64,000 nt of DNA. Origin: Picochlorum sp. SENEW3. Taxonomy: Eukaryota. Location: assembly GCA_034226945.1 (NCBI GenBank), contig CP120461.1:620001-684000 (forward strand), read 5' to 3'. Both the position numbers and the translations under genes were made by a program. The notes under the pieces were generated by a model. That model searched no databases. It was not told the origin of the DNA and was given only the letters and a program-made list of their open reading frames with translations. Every line of letters begins with the position of its first letter. Position 1 is the stretch's first letter. Below, in pieces: positions 1 through 8,635 of the stretch.

Positions 1-532
1 AGCAACGTACAGCGGCGGTGGTGGTTTGTCATTGAAAGAATTGGAGCGATTGCAACGACGGGTCGAACGTCTTGGACGAGGTCGCAGCGAATTGGCTCGG
101 TCAGATCTCAAGAGTATTCCAGAGTTGTCTCAAAATCCGTTTATGGAGTCTATTTTTAGGATATATGACGGGGATGGGGATGGGTTGTTAGAGTTGGGAG
201 ACCTGAAGAGGCTCATGGAAAGGCTTTCGGCATTGGTCAAGGATCAGGAGGCTCAGTGCAAGTTTGCCTTTGATATTTTTGATAGGAATGGAGATGGGTG
301 TATAGATAAAGATGAGTTGTTGCGTGTGTTACGAGTGACGCATGGGGGGAGGAGAATGTCAGAGGAGGATGTTGACAGGGTTGCCACGGCAACCCTGGCA
401 GAGCATGGGAGTGAGGTTGAGATGGGGGGCGTGTTGACGTTTGAAGACTTTACCAGGCTGATGCTGAGCAATTCTACGATGCTTGTGACCAGTGCTGGTG
501 GTGGTGGATGTGGACAACACAACCAAGGGTGA
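1..532 (+). CDS. EF-hand calcium-binding protein, calcineurin B-like (5' end outside window)
   Basis: Frame open from position 2; EF-hand loops DGDGDGLLELGD and DRNGDGCIDKDE; IPELSQNPF resembles calcineurin B. Confidence 0.75.
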   Translation, partial: ATYSGGGGLSLKELERLQRRVERLGRGRSELARSDLKSIPELSQNPFMESIFRIYDGDGDGLLELGDLKRLMERLSALVKDQEAQCKFAFDIFDRNGDGCIDKDELLRVLRVTHGGRRMSEEDVDRVATATLAEHGSEVEMGGVLTFEDFTRLMLSNSTMLVTSAGGGGCGQHNQG

Positions 533-650
533 TGCACATACAAGCCAGTTGAGATCCATGGCACTCGAGATGAGTGAATCTTAGAGAATAGATGAGGATA
601 TGCAGTCAATTGGTTCAGCAGTCCCTTTATATATAGTATTATTATTCATC

Positions 651-1618
651 ATGAATGGTAATAAAGCAAAGGAACAAGAGAGATTGGCGTTGCAATCAGC
701 GGAGCAATTTGAAAAAGGTTGGAGACGGGGTCAGCGTTTGATTGATTCCCTTCCATACGTCGATGATGTAACAGAGGATGAGAAAATTAATATTCAGCGG
801 ATGATTCAGGAAGAGGTGCGTGTTGTATACGGATACAGGGAGACTGCATGTTCATGCGAATCGACGCTTTCTTCTTGCATTCTTCTCTCTATACGAGTAG
901 GAAGAGACGAGATTATACTGATTTCATGTGTTTGGTTAGTTGTCAGAAAAAACGTGGCATTCTTGGCGCTGAAGAAGGCTATTGCTGCTGCCTTCTTCTT
1001 CCTCTTCACGAATGCAGTGAGTGAATAATCTAACGTGAAGAATACTACATGTGGGTGCAGATGCGAGGTATGGGTAAGAGTGCGTCAGATTATCTGGATG
1101 AGACACCTCAGATGCCGAGTATCAGATCTGCGGGCGATGGAGCCAAGATGTTGCATGAACAGGATGTTGAGAGGGTGGGGCAATTAATAGAGGAGTCATC
1201 ACAGGACGGGACGATAGCTGTGCCCTTTTCGGATGGGGTTGATTTGGAAAGGTACAATCTACCTCGACCGCAGGGTGACGATGAGAATAGCGTGGAGGCG
1301 TGGGAGGTGGCGTTGGATAATGCCAGGGCGCAGTTGGAGCACCAAAAGACAAGAATAGTCAATTTGCAATTGTTGCTCAAGCATGGGCCCACCTCATGGA
1401 GAGCTCATAACGAAGTATTGAGCACTATGGCGGGTCAGATTGATGAGAAACTACAGATACTACAGGGAGATATAACTCATATCAACAAGGAGCGGAAGAT
1501 TGAGCAGTTGACTGTGGGGAGCGAGTTGGAAAGCCTCAAAAACACATACTTTCATCTTGTTGAGAAGAATATGCAGTTGAATGCAGCCTGCTCGGAACTT
1601 GAGAATAGAATTCGATGA
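651..1618 (+). CDS. SPF27: Pre-mRNA splicing factor SPF27/BCAS2/MOS4
   Basis: Exons 651-815 and 1061-1618 (intron GTGCGT..TGCAG, phase 0); motifs IDSLPYVD, DLERYNLP, AQLEHQ..RIVNLQLLLKHG..W. Confidence 0.9.
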
Positions 1619-1976
1619 TACCAATGTATATGTAAAGAGAACCAATGTTTCGTACCACCATGTACACAACATGCTGCCGTGGGCAGCTTCTTCTTTAGCC
1701 CCCTTGGTGCCTTGGTGACCAGTGAGTGGCGGGAATCAACCCCTCCTATGAAACAAAGTACTCGTGCTTCGATCCTGAATATTTAGTAGTATTATTTCAT
1801 ATTCTAGTAGATATTTCATTATTTGATGTACGTATCGAGTGATCGTCGATTTTGTGGGTAGGAGACAGATTCAAATTCAACTCTACCGATCGTCGAGTTT
1901 AACGCCCGATTGTCTTGCATTTAGATTGCACAAAGATTTCATCTTTTGGATTGCTGGTTCATTGAGGGCAACGGCC

Positions 1977-2954
1977 ATGGGATCGCTCACACATAGTATG
2001 TCAAGGTCACTTTACCTGCTGCTGCTGTCCCTCCTGGCGGTCCAGGCATACGAGTCGCCGAGCAGATATCCAGGTCCAGATTCCTATTGTACCAAAGAGT
2101 ACAACCACAAGAGAAAAGTGTGGGTGAAGACAAGTGACATGCTCCAGCGGGCGATGAATGCCGCCATCCCTGGCGATCTCATCTACCTGGCAGATGGGAT
2201 TTATTCAACAAATTTGACTGCCACCAGAACGTTTGAGATCAAAAACAAAATCGCAAACAGATGGAGCCCAATAACTCTATGCGGTTCTGAAAATGCTATT
2301 CTGGATGGGAACAATCGCCACGCTGGTATATTGATCCAAAAGTCAAAGTTTGTGAATGTGGTGGGGCTGACAGTCAGGAATGTTGCCAAAGGCATCAAAA
2401 TGTGGACTGTGGAAAAATGCATCCTGGATAACGTCACTGTGACTCGCTCGAATGTGGAGGCTATCCATATTCAGTATCATAGCCATCATAACACTGTCAA
2501 AAACTGCACAGTCACGTATACTGGGCTAACAAAGAAGGGTGTCGGAGAGGGAGTATACCTTGGCTCTTCCAGGAGAAACTACAATGGTGATACCTGCATT
2601 GGAAACAGGATAATGTATAACAGAATCGGTCCTGGTGTCACAGCAGAGCCTATTGATGTGAAAGAACACTCTAGAAATGGCCTTGTCATTGGAAATATTC
2701 TCGATGGGCGGGACTTGTGCGCATGCCCAGATGCGGTATCCCTGATCAATGTCAAAGGAACTGGCTATCGAATTGAAAACAACGTGGGCAGAAATGGCAA
2801 GGAGCACTTTTTCAAAACATCCACAGTCCGAACGGTCCCAGGAAGCGGACGCAATAACGTCTTCAAAGGAAACAGATGCATTGGCAGGATTCGAAAAGGC
2901 TACAGGTGCACAGGACGGCCAGCCAATGGAAACAGAGGCAACAAGTTTTATTGA
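1977..2954 (+). CDS. Secreted right-handed beta-helix protein, polysaccharide lyase family 9-like
   Basis: Signal peptide (LYLLLLSLLAVQA); A.PGD.IYLADG.Y, GEGVYLGS, GPGVTAEPIDVKE, INVKG motifs; intronless. ATG at 1977 or 1998. Confidence 0.7.
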   Translation: MGSLTHSMSRSLYLLLLSLLAVQAYESPSRYPGPDSYCTKEYNHKRKVWVKTSDMLQRAMNAAIPGDLIYLADGIYSTNLTATRTFEIKNKIANRWSPITLCGSENAILDGNNRHAGILIQKSKFVNVVGLTVRNVAKGIKMWTVEKCILDNVTVTRSNVEAIHIQYHSHHNTVKNCTVTYTGLTKKGVGEGVYLGSSRRNYNGDTCIGNRIMYNRIGPGVTAEPIDVKEHSRNGLVIGNILDGRDLCACPDAVSLINVKGTGYRIENNVGRNGKEHFFKTSTVRTVPGSGRNNVFKGNRCIGRIRKGYRCTGRPANGNRGNKFY

Positions 2955-2973
2955 TCAATGCATGCTTTTTCAA

Positions 2974-3696
2974 TCATTTTGAACTATTACTATTTTCATT
3001 CTCAAGTTCATTTAATTTCCTGTCAAATGCATCCAACTCTGTCTGTATCCTCACAGCATCGTCATCATCATCATCATCATCATCACTCTCATCTGTTGTT
3101 GATTCGAGAAGAGAGGAGAGCCACGCTCCCTTCTTCTTCTTCTCCTCCTGCTGCGGAAGCAGCTTGATTCCAGCATCCTGCAGCTGCCGCCGCACAAGAC
3201 CCGCTTCCGTCTTTCCAATTCGTTCAATTTGTGTATGAATCACACACAATATAAGGCAAAGCACCGTAAACCCGTCCAACCTGAGCCCATCAACCACATA
3301 GGGTGCTGCATACAAGCACGCAAACACCCAATACATCTGTGCATTCTCCTCATCATCCAACGCCGCAAACACCCATCCCATGTAGTTCAAATATGGAAAG
3401 CAGGAAAGAACCGCCATGACAGACCACCGAACATTCCCAACCTCGTCCTCCTCGCCGTCAGCTGGTACCTGCTCAGTGCTCTCCACAAAGAGTGGGACAA
3501 CAGATGCCCCAATAATACCATATGATATTCCAGCCAGCACCGCAACCTCTCCAACCCCTACATGTGTCCGAACAGGACTCTTCTGTTGCACTTGGAGAAG
3601 AAGGCCCTCTCTTGTCCTTCTACAGGAAGGGTTGGAAATGTAAAATCTCTCGCATCCTCGTGAAATGCCACTGGTATATGGCCTACTTCCCTCCAT
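2974..3696 (-). CDS. Conserved-looking membrane protein of unknown function, probably plastid-targeted
   Basis: 240-aa ORF, basic Ser/Arg-rich N-terminus, several hydrophobic helices, acidic C-terminus ending ELDAFDRKL. Confidence 0.65.
   Translation of the reverse strand: MEGSRPYTSGISRGCERFYISNPSCRRTREGLLLQVQQKSPVRTHVGVGEVAVLAGISYGIIGASVVPLFVESTEQVPADGEEDEVGNVRWSVMAVLSCFPYLNYMGWVFAALDDEENAQMYWVFACLYAAPYVVDGLRLDGFTVLCLILCVIHTQIERIGKTEAGLVRRQLQDAGIKLLPQQEEKKKKGAWLSSLLESTTDESDDDDDDDDDAVRIQTELDAFDRKLNELENENSNSSK
3062..3084. repeat. (TCA)n microsatellite encoding poly-Asp in the minus-strand gene
   Basis: tcatcatcatcatcatcatcatc seen directly. Confidence 0.85.
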
Positions 3697-3976
3697 ATAC
3701 GACCACTTCTACCGAAAATAAAAAGGATTCATTTCAGAATGATCAACAAACAGAAGCATGTGTCGTTTCTACCTTTGTATCAGGAAACCCTTTCAAAGGT
3801 CCCTGCTGGGTGTCGGAGATTGACACATGTATTCGATCAAAGATAACCTTTGATCGAATCAATAAAATCTATCGCATTCGTGGCCCAGAATCTCTGCGTA
3901 TACGTCGTCCACCGATGACACGTGTCCATTAATTTTTTCACTATTTTCTGCAGAAAGGATTTAATAAAGAATCGCC

Positions 3977-6520
3977 ATGTCGGTTCCGTGTACCCGTGGG
4001 TGCACTGCGACGACCACAAGCACGACATGTCGGATGCCTGTTGTGGCTTCCCGAACAGGTGGTAGTGGTCGCCATGATCGAAAGATGCCAATAGACAAGT
4101 CGACAAAGGAGTATCTAAGACAAAAGACAGCTTGTTCGGCATTAAGTGTGCCTAGAACACAACATCCCTCTCTTTCGGAGGAAGAGGGGGGCATCCGTCG
4201 ACAGAAGAACCCGGGCAAGAGGCGGGATCTTTCTGAGACTGTATTCGAAAATGCAACTATTTTTTCAATGAAGACGGAAGAGGGGGTTCGTTTGACTATG
4301 ACGCAGCAGGGTCAGTTGACGCTGTGGGATGAGGACTTGAGCCATTCGTCTCGGGGAGTTGCTCGATTGGTGTCGGAAGCGAGTTTGGTGCTGCCTGATG
4401 TTTGTGCAGGGGTTTTACCCAGTATTATTACGAAGAAGGACTGTGGCTCTAACACGATTTCGGCAAAGGGGAAGGACGTGGAGGAGGTGCTTGTTCGTTG
4501 GGGACCAAAGGAGTCTCCGTATGCACTGCTCCATGTGATTGCTCACCACCGTCATGAGGAGGAGTGGACGGGAGGTATGAAGAAAGGATTTGTATTGGAA
4601 TTTAAAGTACAGGCAGATGCAGCTCCATCGAGTGGGGCGGAGATTTCAGTGAAATTGGAGCCCAGCGGGCATTGGTTTGGTGGGGGTCATTTTATCAGGC
4701 AGATTTGGCCACTGAATGACGCGTCGCTGGAGGTAGGGCCATGGTATGCATTTGATAATGGGCCAAATGGTGTCAATAACTTGGTGGGGGCGCACTGGAT
4801 CACGAGCTGTGGGCTGTTGGTGTCAGTGGACCCCTCTACTCAGTATTTGCATATTGGAATGAATGCACCAAACAAGAGCAGAAAATGGCAATCGATATCG
4901 AGGAAATGGGGGGTCGGTATTCAGAATGCTACTCGGGAATTGTTACCTCTGACAAAGGGGCACGGGAAAGTTGCGAGGGCTGGTCAGGATGGATTGTTGA
5001 GAATACAGGTCAGGTCAAATTATGTGGATGCGCAGATGGAGCACCCTCTGCGGCACTGGCAGCATGATATGACATCATCGGATGAGTTTGGGGGCTCTCT
5101 TTGTAATGATATGGACATGCTTACGGTTCGTGTGTCCATGGGGGTTGCAGAGAATGCAGCAGAAGCGTGCAAGATGGCTCTCGGAGGTATGGTGCCTCCC
5201 AAGGAGACTCCTGATCTCGCCTTGTTTAAACGACCTATTTGGACTACATGGGCTCGATATAAGACACGGGTGTGTCAGGATAAGGTACTAAAGTATGCCC
5301 AGGAGATTGTTGACAGAGGACTTCCAAGGTCTGTGATGGAGATTGATGACAGATGGCAGGTGGCGTATGGAGACTTGGCATTTGATGAGAAGAAATTTCC
5401 AGATCCAGTTGGAATGGTGAATACATTGCATGAAATGGGATTTAAAGTAACGACGTGGGTCCATCCATTCGTGGAGAGACAGTCAGAGGCATATTTGGAG
5501 GGAGCGAGAAAGGGGTACCTTGTTGGCTGTGACATGGCTGATCATCCTATCGAGAGTGGACCTCTAGGATGGCTCTTGCGGCAAAATCGGGTAATTCATG
5601 ACCACTTTGCTGAGGGTCCAGGGGGATCAAAAGTAGGATTTTTCAAATGGTGGAACACGCAGCCTGTGGCTGCATTAGATGTGACAAATCCTGACGCAGT
5701 GGATTGGTTTGTGAACAGATTGAAGGAGCTTCAAGAAAAAACAGGTGTAGATGGATTTAAATTTGACGCGGGAGAGCCATGCTTTCTCCCGAGAATGCCA
5801 AGAACATACCAGCCATTGTCAACACCAGCAGAGTACACACAGTTGTATGTACAACGGGTTGCAGGTCAGTTTGCAGGTGGAGTATCAGAGGTTCGTACAG
5901 GGCATTCAACTCAGGATGTAGCACTCATGTACAGAATGGGAGATAGATTTTCTACATGGGATGCAGCGAATGGGCTCAGATCCCTGATTCCCACCCTGCT
6001 CACATCTGGGATCTTGGGATATCCATTCTGTCTGCCAGACATGATTGGTGGCAATGCGTACTTCAACACATTCCCAGACCAAGAATTAATGGTCCGATGG
6101 ACACAAGTGAATGCTTTGATGCCGGCCATGCAGTTTTCTCTGGCACCATGGGATTTGGGCAGAGACACAGAAATGCTTGTTGCCAAGGCCCTGAAGACAC
6201 GCTCCAAATTCGAAGACCACCTTGCAGCCTTGGCTCAAGAAGCTGCAGATACATTGACACCAATCTGTCGTCCAATGTGGATGATTGCTCCAGAGGAGGA
6301 AGAAACGTATGAAATCGAGGACCAGTTTGCACTTGGAAATGACGTGATTGTAGCCCCTGTTGTGAGGCGAGGAGCCCGACAGAGGGATGTGTATTTGACT
6401 TCAGGGATGTGGAGGGACTTTGTAGATGGATCGCTCATAGAGGGTGGACGGTGGCTAAAGAATGTCGCTGCTCCCTTGGATCATTTGCCCATCTATGTCA
6501 GGGATGGAATTTTCCAGTAA
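3977..6520 (+). CDS. Glycoside hydrolase family 31, MYORG/KIAA1161-like
   Basis: PIWTTW, EIDDRW, KFDAGE (nucleophile), LPDMIGGN (acid/base), DQFALG..VAPV; intronless 847 aa. Confidence 0.9.
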   Translation: MSVPCTRGCTATTTSTTCRMPVVASRTGGSGRHDRKMPIDKSTKEYLRQKTACSALSVPRTQHPSLSEEEGGIRRQKNPGKRRDLSETVFENATIFSMKTEEGVRLTMTQQGQLTLWDEDLSHSSRGVARLVSEASLVLPDVCAGVLPSIITKKDCGSNTISAKGKDVEEVLVRWGPKESPYALLHVIAHHRHEEEWTGGMKKGFVLEFKVQADAAPSSGAEISVKLEPSGHWFGGGHFIRQIWPLNDASLEVGPWYAFDNGPNGVNNLVGAHWITSCGLLVSVDPSTQYLHIGMNAPNKSRKWQSISRKWGVGIQNATRELLPLTKGHGKVARAGQDGLLRIQVRSNYVDAQMEHPLRHWQHDMTSSDEFGGSLCNDMDMLTVRVSMGVAENAAEACKMALGGMVPPKETPDLALFKRPIWTTWARYKTRVCQDKVLKYAQEIVDRGLPRSVMEIDDRWQVAYGDLAFDEKKFPDPVGMVNTLHEMGFKVTTWVHPFVERQSEAYLEGARKGYLVGCDMADHPIESGPLGWLLRQNRVIHDHFAEGPGGSKVGFFKWWNTQPVAALDVTNPDAVDWFVNRLKELQEKTGVDGFKFDAGEPCFLPRMPRTYQPLSTPAEYTQLYVQRVAGQFAGGVSEVRTGHSTQDVALMYRMGDRFSTWDAANGLRSLIPTLLTSGILGYPFCLPDMIGGNAYFNTFPDQELMVRWTQVNALMPAMQFSLAPWDLGRDTEMLVAKALKTRSKFEDHLAALAQEAADTLTPICRPMWMIAPEEEETYEIEDQFALGNDVIVAPVVRRGARQRDVYLTSGMWRDFVDGSLIEGGRWLKNVAAPLDHLPIYVRDGIFQ

Positions 6521-6590
6521 TTCATTTGATGATTTGATGATGACAGGTATCACGCGTTCAATTTTCATAAATTCATTACAAAACATTTCT

Positions 6591-7353
6591 TTAACAACAA
6601 GATGACTGGTTTGTCCTTGGTCCACTGCGGGCAGCAACATCTACAGTCTCTGGCAAGAACATTTCATCATCCTCATCCTCATTGTTCAATGCCACCCTTG
6701 CCACAGCCTGGAATGCAGTCTCCACATTGGTATCCTCTTTCGCCGAGGTCTCGAAATACTGCAAATCTCCTCTCGACTTGCACCATGCTTTTGCCTGCTT
6801 TTCAGTCACCTGACGAGATTCCTCAGTCCCCACATCAATCTTATTTCCAAGAACAATAAAAGGGAAATTCGCAGCATCAGCTGGAGATGCCTGTGCCAAA
6901 AACTCCTCCATCCAGTTCTCCAAATTCTCAAAAGACTTTGCACTGTTCACATCAAACGTCAACACGCAGCAATCTGCACCTCTATAAAATGCAACACCCA
7001 AACTCTGGAATCGCTCCTGTCCAGCCGTGTCCCATATTTGCATTGTGACAACCCTGTCATCCACTTCCACCTCTTTTGTCAAAAAATCTGCCCCTATTGT
7101 TGCTTTGTACTGACTACTAAACTTTTTATTCACATACTGATTCATCAACGACGTCTTACCAACCCTGCACAAGACAGAACCACCAGGTTGGCATCCAATA
7201 TTCTCCCAGAAACATCACAATGAAACTCGTCAACCATAGTCAATGTCGTAGATTCATCATGGTGATGTTTTGATTCAAAGAACCGTACCCACTGTCCCCT
7301 AATATGATGACTTTAAGCAATGAACGAGTATTTCTTCTTGTTTGACTGGCCAT
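6591..7353 (-). CDS. RAB7: Rab7/RABG3 small GTPase
   Basis: Exons 7353-7289 and 7164-6591; [45 protein letters not shown]-terminal CC. Confidence 0.96.
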
Positions 7354-7600
7354 TATCTCTCAACGGTTCGTATTCACAGACGACAATATAGATAATGTAA
7401 TTTGGTGAATGAAAAGGATGATTTGAATGAAGAGATTTCCTGACTGTACTGTCACCTTCACTAGGGTCAGTGAGTTGCGAAACGTTTTAAATTCCGTATG
7501 TGGGTATTTAGAAATCTCTTGTGGCTGAATCTGACATGGATGTGTGCCCAAATCTGTTGATACATTGCCCGATGTCCACACATTTATATATGTATTTGAA

Positions 7601-8629
7601 ATGAATAGAACGTGTGGTATTGCTCATTCTGGTACGAGTACCCGATACTCGTGTTGGGTACCTTACTCAAATACACACAATATCTGCACCATATCCATTA
7701 CAAGGAAGAAGATCAGCCTGACTGATGGGATTCCGATCTCTCGTCAACGACTCGGGTCTCATGTGTGTTGTAGCTCGAATCGGAACGAGGAATCTGGCTC
7801 ACAAGATGAAGTGGAGAAGAGAGTGTCTGGACTGTCAAAGAATCAGGCGAGAGCTCTGTTGAAGGCATGGAAAGAAGCTGGTGCCAATGATCCAAAGGCA
7901 TTGAAACGTATGGTGAAGCAAAGAGGATCTAAGAGAAGTGTCTTGGCGCTTCGACAGCTTGGTGTGGATCTGGGATCAGCTATAGTTGCGTGGTATAGTG
8001 GAACCGCTTTGGCAGAGAGTAAAGTTTCTGTTCCTGCAGAATTCTTATTGTATACGTTGGCCATGTATTTGACGATAAATGCAACTATAGATATTTTTGA
8101 TTTGATTGCCGTTGGTATTGCGACGAGGAAATACAGTGGTCAGAGTGCAGTTCTGTTGGAAGCTGTCAGAAATCTTGCAGATGAGGATACTGGATTTGAA
8201 TTCGTCGACAAGGCTAGGCGCGCCGTTGTCACGGTAGAGGTGTTGAAAGCGTTGGATGAGATATTGGATGATTTGAAAAAGTATGTGGAGAAGGGGATTG
8301 GGGGGTCGCGTGACGAGGCAGACTTTTTCAGAGACCTTGGAGCATACTTGGTTCTTGCTAATGCAGCAAAGAATGGGTTTTCGTTTGAAGATGATGGAGA
8401 GGGACTCGATGGAGAGGTTATCGGCGAGGTTGCAGCTGAATTTGCGTTAGCAGATAAAGATGACGATGGGTTCATTGATGTATCGGAATTTCAAGCTTTG
8501 GGGAGGAAGACAGTTCCCACCATGTCCATAAAAGAGGCTGAAGCTGCCTTGAGCTTGCTTGATTCCAACAAGGATGGTGTTGTGGATTTCAAAGAATTTC
8601 TCAGCTGGTTTGCAAACCAAAAAAAGTAG
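7601..8629 (+). CDS. Plastid-targeted membrane protein with C-terminal EF-hand pair
   Basis: Transit-peptide-like N-terminus, two hydrophobic segments, EF loops DKDDDGFIDVSE and DSNKDGVVDFKE. Confidence 0.8.
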   Translation: MNRTCGIAHSGTSTRYSCWVPYSNTHNICTISITRKKISLTDGIPISRQRLGSHVCCSSNRNEESGSQDEVEKRVSGLSKNQARALLKAWKEAGANDPKALKRMVKQRGSKRSVLALRQLGVDLGSAIVAWYSGTALAESKVSVPAEFLLYTLAMYLTINATIDIFDLIAVGIATRKYSGQSAVLLEAVRNLADEDTGFEFVDKARRAVVTVEVLKALDEILDDLKKYVEKGIGGSRDEADFFRDLGAYLVLANAAKNGFSFEDDGEGLDGEVIGEVAAEFALADKDDDGFIDVSEFQALGRKTVPTMSIKEAEAALSLLDSNKDGVVDFKEFLSWFANQKK

Positions 8630-8635
8630 GAAACA

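Noticed and set aside
600..1028. 142-aa ORF as a separate gene
   Set aside because: It is SPF27 exon 1 reading through into the intron.
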